A stretch of 64,000 nucleotides of DNA, from NCBI GenBank assembly GCA_049700835.1, contig JBNAUL010000001.1, positions 182,043 through 246,042 of the forward strand, given 5' to 3'. Numbering within the stretch: position 1 is the stretch's first letter; each line of letters begins with the position of its first letter. The notes under the pieces were generated by a model that was not told where the DNA came from, did no database searches, and was given only the letters and a program-made list of their open reading frames with translations. Position numbers and translations under genes: made by a program. Positions 59,655 to 64,000 of the stretch are shown here, one piece after another. This DNA is from Candidatus Woesearchaeota archaeon (GTDB taxonomy: Archaea; Nanobdellota; Nanobdellia; Woesearchaeales; WAPY01).

Positions 59655-60272
59655 TTATTTCATAACCCCAAGAATGCTGTAGAGCAGTCTGTCCTTCAAA
59701 GCAAGAATTTCATAATTTTCAGAGCACTCAAGCACAATGCAATCGCTTTCCATTCTTATCTCTGTTTTATTGCCTTTGAACATGTATATTACAGGAGTTT
59801 GCTGAGTTGAATTAGCGCAGGTTATTATTGGAAGATTGTATTCATCTGATGAATTTGCAATTGCTGAAGCAGCGTTTATTCCTTTCTCATACAATGCACT
59901 CCCAAAATCATACCTTGCTCTATCAAAATAATTCATCGTGAACCTGTCAGATGGTTGAAATGTTATTATTACATACTTTGAACTCAATATTCTGTCCCTT
60001 ATTACAGGAGATAAATTTATGTTTTCAAGGACTTTTGGGTTGTAATCAAAAACAAACTGCTTTCCTTCTATCTTTGAATACCATCTTAGATTTCCATAGT
60101 TGTCCTGCTCCTGTCTGAAAACGAAATTGTTGTATCTCAAAACATTCACAGGATTTCTATTGCTCATGTATCCTGCAATGCTCGTTATCATCAAAAATGC
60201 TAGCAGCAAAGCTGAAATAAGATTTGTCTTCTTCCTCTTGGCAACCTCGCTTCTTGTAAGATGCTTTTTCAT
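59655..60272 (-). CDS. Membrane-anchored hypothetical protein (paralog of neighbour)
   Basis: Single TM, YNNFVF...YNP...ITFQP...ITC, ends LGVMK. Confidence 0.75.
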   Translation of the reverse strand: MKKHLTRSEVAKRKKTNLISALLLAFLMITSIAGYMSNRNPVNVLRYNNFVFRQEQDNYGNLRWYSKIEGKQFVFDYNPKVLENINLSPVIRDRILSSKYVIITFQPSDRFTMNYFDRARYDFGSALYEKGINAASAIANSSDEYNLPIITCANSTQQTPVIYMFKGNKTEIRMESDCIVLECSENYEILALKDRLLYSILGVMK

Positions 60273-60496
60273 TTTGTTTTTCTCATTTGCTTAACCTTTT
60301 TCCTTTTCCTGCTTCTAAACAGATACTTTAAGCTTTTGAACAAAAAATAGAGTGCAACAACAAAGAAGAAAACTATCAAAAAAACTATTATTAAAGGTAT
60401 TATCACTATGAAAAGCAGGAGCAAAAGTATTGTAACTATTATTGCAAAAGCGAACAAAACAATGAACGGAATCCTTGCAAACCTCAACCTTATCAT
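60269..60496 (-). CDS. Small hydrophobic membrane protein
   Basis: Long hydrophobic hairpin with basic tail; ATGA overlap with next gene. Confidence 0.6.
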   Translation of the reverse strand: MIRLRFARIPFIVLFAFAIIVTILLLLLFIVIIPLIIVFLIVFFFVVALYFLFKSLKYLFRSRKRKKVKQMRKTK

Positions 60497-60630
60497 AAAT
60501 AGTGGTTGTTTTTTTATTATTTAAAATATTTTCTAATTTTTAATTTAACTGACAAAAAAATAGTAATCTTTTAATAACAAAAAGCATTACACGCTTAAAT
60601 TAAAGAAAAGGTAAATAGAAGGTGGGCTCT

Positions 60631-61911
60631 ATGCTTGATTTAAAGTTTATACTGAACAATCCTGAAATAGTAAAAATGGACTTAAAGAAGAGAAGAATGG
60701 ATGAAAAGATTTTTTGGGTAGACGACATTATAAGAATAAATGAAAAACAGAAAGAGATAAAAAAGAAACTTGAAGAACTTAGGCATTTAAGAAACAAGAC
60801 ATCAGAGGAAATAAACAGGTTGAAAAAACAGGGAAAGAGCACTGAAGAGCTGTTGAAAAAAGCTTCAAAAATCCCTGAAGAAATAAAAGAATTGGAATCG
60901 GAATTCCAAGAAACAGAGGAAAAGATAAAATATTACTTGATGAGGATACCAAACATACTGCACGAAAGCGTTCCTATAGGAAAGGATGACAGCGAGAATG
61001 TGGAGCTATACAAAAAAGGAGTTCCAAAAAAGATTGATTTTGAATTAAAGCCGCACGGGCAATTGGCAGAAGAGTTAGGAATTGCTGATTTCAAGAGAGC
61101 AGCAAAGGTCATAGGAACAGGGTTTGTTTATCTGAAAAAAGAATTAGCATTGTTGGACATAGCAATACAGAGGTTTGCAATAGATTTCTTGATGAAAAAG
61201 GGTTTTGAGCTTATAGAACCGCCTTTCATGCTTGGAAGAAAGGCCTACGAAGGAGTTACAAGCTTAGAGGACTTCCAAAATGTAATGTACAAGATTGAGG
61301 GAGAAGAAGCTTACATGATTGCAACAGCAGAGCATCCCCTAGTTTCAATGTACAAAGACGAAGTAATTGATGAGAGCAATCTACCAATAAAGCTTGTCGG
61401 CTTTAGCCCTTGCTTTAGAAAAGAGATTGGAAGCCATGGAGTTGATACAAGGGGTTTTTTTAGGATGCACCAATTTAACAAGGTTGAACAAGTTGTTTTT
61501 TCAAAACCAGAAGATTCGTGGTATTGGTTTGAAGAGATTTTAAAAAACACAGAAGAAATGCTGCAAAAACTTGAACTTCCATACAGGGTTGTTAACATCT
61601 GTACAGGAGACATTGGAATTGTTGCTTCAAAGAAGTATGACATCGAAGTATGGTTTCCAAGAGAAAATGCGTACAGAGAAGTAGCGTCATGTTCAAACTG
61701 CACATCCTACCAGGCAGTAAGGCTGAACATAAAGCTTAAGAGAAAGAATGGAGAAAAGGAGTATTTGCATACTTTAAACAACACAGGGCTTGCAACCTCA
61801 AGAATCATGAGAGCAATACTAGAAAACTATCAGAACAAAGATGGAAGCGTTGATGTCCCGAAAGTGCTGCAGCAATACATGAATGGAATAAAGAAAATAG
61901 AGAAAGCATAG
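60631..61911 (+). CDS. serS: Serine--tRNA ligase
   Basis: MLDLKFI, IPN, ATAEHP, CFRKEIG, RMHQFNKVEQ, EVASCSNC, HTLNNT. Confidence 0.97.
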   Translation: MLDLKFILNNPEIVKMDLKKRRMDEKIFWVDDIIRINEKQKEIKKKLEELRHLRNKTSEEINRLKKQGKSTEELLKKASKIPEEIKELESEFQETEEKIKYYLMRIPNILHESVPIGKDDSENVELYKKGVPKKIDFELKPHGQLAEELGIADFKRAAKVIGTGFVYLKKELALLDIAIQRFAIDFLMKKGFELIEPPFMLGRKAYEGVTSLEDFQNVMYKIEGEEAYMIATAEHPLVSMYKDEVIDESNLPIKLVGFSPCFRKEIGSHGVDTRGFFRMHQFNKVEQVVFSKPEDSWYWFEEILKNTEEMLQKLELPYRVVNICTGDIGIVASKKYDIEVWFPRENAYREVASCSNCTSYQAVRLNIKLKRKNGEKEYLHTLNNTGLATSRIMRAILENYQNKDGSVDVPKVLQQYMNGIKKIEKA

Positions 61912-61992
61912 AGAAAAATTTTGTTTTTTCTTTATTAATTATTTATTAGTTTATTAGAAATGTTTATAAATCAATCAGCAAACCCTATGCTT

Positions 61993-62130
61993 ATGGATTA
62001 TGATGACTTCATGAAGGTATTTGAACTTGAGTTTGAGGATTATTCAGAACTTCCTGAAGAGTTGTTGAACCTTGACAAAGAACTTATGCTCAAAACCAAA
62101 AAATTAGGTTTTCTCCACCCTGCTTCTTAA
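61993..62130 (+). CDS. Small acidic hypothetical protein (45 aa; below ORF-track cutoff)
   Basis: MDYDDFMKVFELEFEDYSELPEELLNLDKELMLKTKKLGFLHPAS; GAAATGTTTATAAA promoter-like box ~25 nt upstream. Confidence 0.5.
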   Translation: MDYDDFMKVFELEFEDYSELPEELLNLDKELMLKTKKLGFLHPAS

Positions 62131-62183
62131 TTTGAGAAGTCCAAGCAAAAAATATTTAATCTTAAAACAAATTTCTTTTGAAT

Positions 62184-63248
62184 ATGGATTATAAGGACTT
62201 TTTATCAGGAGATGAAACCCTGTTCAAAGAGCCAATAGTTCTTGATTATGATTACATGCCAAAACTTATACCTTACAGAGAGAACGAGCAAAGAGAGATT
62301 GCGCTGGTGATAAAACCTTTGCTTGCAATGAGGAATGGAAAGAACATCTTTATTTATGGAAATCCAGGCATAGGAAAGACACTTGCCTGCAAGCATGTGC
62401 TCAACGAACTTGAGGAGCAATATGACATATTTTGCTTGTACATAAACTGTTGGAAGAGAAATACATCATATAAAATAGCGTTGCAACTCTGCGAGGAATT
62501 AGAGTATCCTTTTGTACAGAACAAGAAAACAGACGAACTCTTTGACGTGATTAAAAAAGAGATAAACAAGAAATCAGCGGTTTTTGTTTTGGATGAGGTT
62601 GACAAGCTTGAAGATGTGTCCTTCCTCTATTTTCTATTAGAGGAGATTTACAGGAAGAGCATAATACTTATAACCAATAACAAGGAATGGCTTGTAACTC
62701 TTGACTCAAGAATAAAATCAAGATTGACTCCACAAATATTGGAATTCAGGAATTACAACAGAGAAGAAACAGAGGGAATATTGAGGCATAGATTGAAGTA
62801 TGCTTTCAAAGAAGGGGTTTTCCAAGAGGAAGCTTTTGAACTTGTTGTTGAAAAGACATTTGAGAAGAAAGATATAAGAATAGGGCTTTACCTTATGAGG
62901 GAAGCAGGTAATAATGCAGAATCAAGGTCATCTAAAAAAATAACAATTGAGGATGTTGAGCAGGCAATAAGAAAATTAGGAGATTTCTCAATAAAAGACA
63001 AGAACGAACTTGATAATGATTCAAACATGATACTGCAGATAATTAAAAACAATTCTGGAAAGAAGATAGGAGAACTTTTCAAAATATACCAAGAACAAAA
63101 TGGGAATTCTGTTTACAAGACATTCCAGAGAAAGGTATTAAAGCTTGAAAAGGCAGGTTTTGTGAAATTAAAAAAGATAGTTGGAGGGGCTGAGGGAACA
63201 ACAACAATCGTTAATTATGCTTACAAAAACCTAATCGATTTTCAATAA
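62184..63248 (+). CDS. cdc6: Cdc6/Orc1-family replication initiator
   Basis: LDYDYMP....RE, YGNPGIGKT, YINC, LDEVDKL, LDSRIKSRL, DIRIG, C-terminal wHTH. Confidence 0.92.
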   Translation: MDYKDFLSGDETLFKEPIVLDYDYMPKLIPYRENEQREIALVIKPLLAMRNGKNIFIYGNPGIGKTLACKHVLNELEEQYDIFCLYINCWKRNTSYKIALQLCEELEYPFVQNKKTDELFDVIKKEINKKSAVFVLDEVDKLEDVSFLYFLLEEIYRKSIILITNNKEWLVTLDSRIKSRLTPQILEFRNYNREETEGILRHRLKYAFKEGVFQEEAFELVVEKTFEKKDIRIGLYLMREAGNNAESRSSKKITIEDVEQAIRKLGDFSIKDKNELDNDSNMILQIIKNNSGKKIGELFKIYQEQNGNSVYKTFQRKVLKLEKAGFVKLKKIVGGAEGTTTIVNYAYKNLIDFQ

Positions 63249-63250
63249 AA

Positions 63251-63874
63251 ATGGCTCACTACTACTCTGAAAAGCAGGATTCTGATTTCAGGCAAAAAAT
63301 CATAAGCGAGCGCATCAGAGGCGTTGATTTTAGTTTCTGCACAGCAAGCGGGGTTTTTTCAAAAAACAGGATTGACAGGGGAACAAAGGCGCTTGCAGAA
63401 AACTGCTTAGTCAATGACGGATGGAAGGTTTTGGATTTGGGCTGTGGTTATGGGGTTATAGGTATAGTTATTAAAAAATTGTTTCCAAAATGCGAAGTTG
63501 TGTTAAGTGATGTAAACGAGAGAGCGCTGAAACTATCAGAAATAAACGCAAGATTAAACAATGTTGAGGTTAAAATAATAAAGAGTTTTTTATTTGACAA
63601 CATACAGGAATTGTTTGACACTGTAATCGTAAATCCTCCTCAAGCAGCAGGTTTAGATATTTGTTATAAAATGATAGAGCAGAGCTATCAGCATCTTAAA
63701 ACAAACGGCCTATTTCAGTTGGTTGCAAGGCACAACAAGGGCGGCTCAAGATTAGAAAAGAGAATGTTAGAAGTATTTGAAAACATCAGTTCAAAGAGAA
63801 TTTCTACTTACAGGATTTACACGAGCAAAAAAGAAAACAACATCAAAAATCTTACAAGAAAATTAGGGCTTTAA
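63251..63874 (+). CDS. Class I SAM methyltransferase (RsmC-like)
   Basis: HYYS, GVFS...ID.GT, LDLGCGYGVIG, DVNERA, NPP. Confidence 0.9.
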   Translation: MAHYYSEKQDSDFRQKIISERIRGVDFSFCTASGVFSKNRIDRGTKALAENCLVNDGWKVLDLGCGYGVIGIVIKKLFPKCEVVLSDVNERALKLSEINARLNNVEVKIIKSFLFDNIQELFDTVIVNPPQAAGLDICYKMIEQSYQHLKTNGLFQLVARHNKGGSRLEKRMLEVFENISSKRISTYRIYTSKKENNIKNLTRKLGL

Positions 63875-64000
63875 CTCTGCCTTTTTCTTAAGCCACTTTA
63901 TCCTGTTGCTTATTATTTTTACAAACTCCGCTTTGTTTTGGCTCTTTTTTAAGTCGTTGGCCAGCTTCTCGTCCTTTATTATGTCATAAACCCACTTTGC
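63863..64000 (-). CDS. 3' end of a DUF5752-like protein (truncated by window edge)
   Basis: AKWVYDIIKDEKLANDLKKSQNKAEFVKIISNRIKWLK resembles ANWIEHVFGKKELAYSL...KEEMIDVL in the 43698-45701 gene. Confidence 0.6.
   Translation of the reverse strand, partial: AKWVYDIIKDEKLANDLKKSQNKAEFVKIISNRIKWLKKKAELKP

Noticed and set aside
61912..62183. Replication origin immediately upstream of cdc6
   Set aside because: No ORB-like TCCA..GGAAA/G-string seen; the space is mostly a small ORF

Overview
Low-GC archaeal chromosomal window. Gene content and style suggest a DPANN/Woesearchaeota-like organism (inference). It holds the end of the rpoD-rpl18e-rpl13-rps9-rpoN cluster, four aminoacyl-tRNA synthetases (LeuRS, TrpRS, TyrRS, SerRS), aIF5B, EF-1beta, Trm1, RtcA, PINA ATPase, Cdc6/Orc1, a lipoate cluster and several large surface-protein genes. 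RNA genes are three tRNAs (two with introns) and an SRP RNA. There are two pseudogenes not visible in the ORF track. Main observations: (1) a candidate replication origin at ~32.06-32.2 kb, with two ORB elements about 30 kb from cdc6, flanked by 11-bp-phased TRAGAYA repeats and next to an uncharacterised coiled-coil/winged-helix gene; (2) exactly duplicated modules inside surface-protein genes with extreme G/T-ending codon bias; (3) a 38-nt tRNA-Trp intron with a minimal C/D guide aimed at C34; (4) an SRP RNA apparently lacking helix 6; (5) a tRNA-Leu with two BHB introns; (6) bacterial-type TyrRS, LeuRS, LipA and DegV. No CRISPR array, transposase or rRNA was seen. All calls come from reading motifs by eye; no database search was run.
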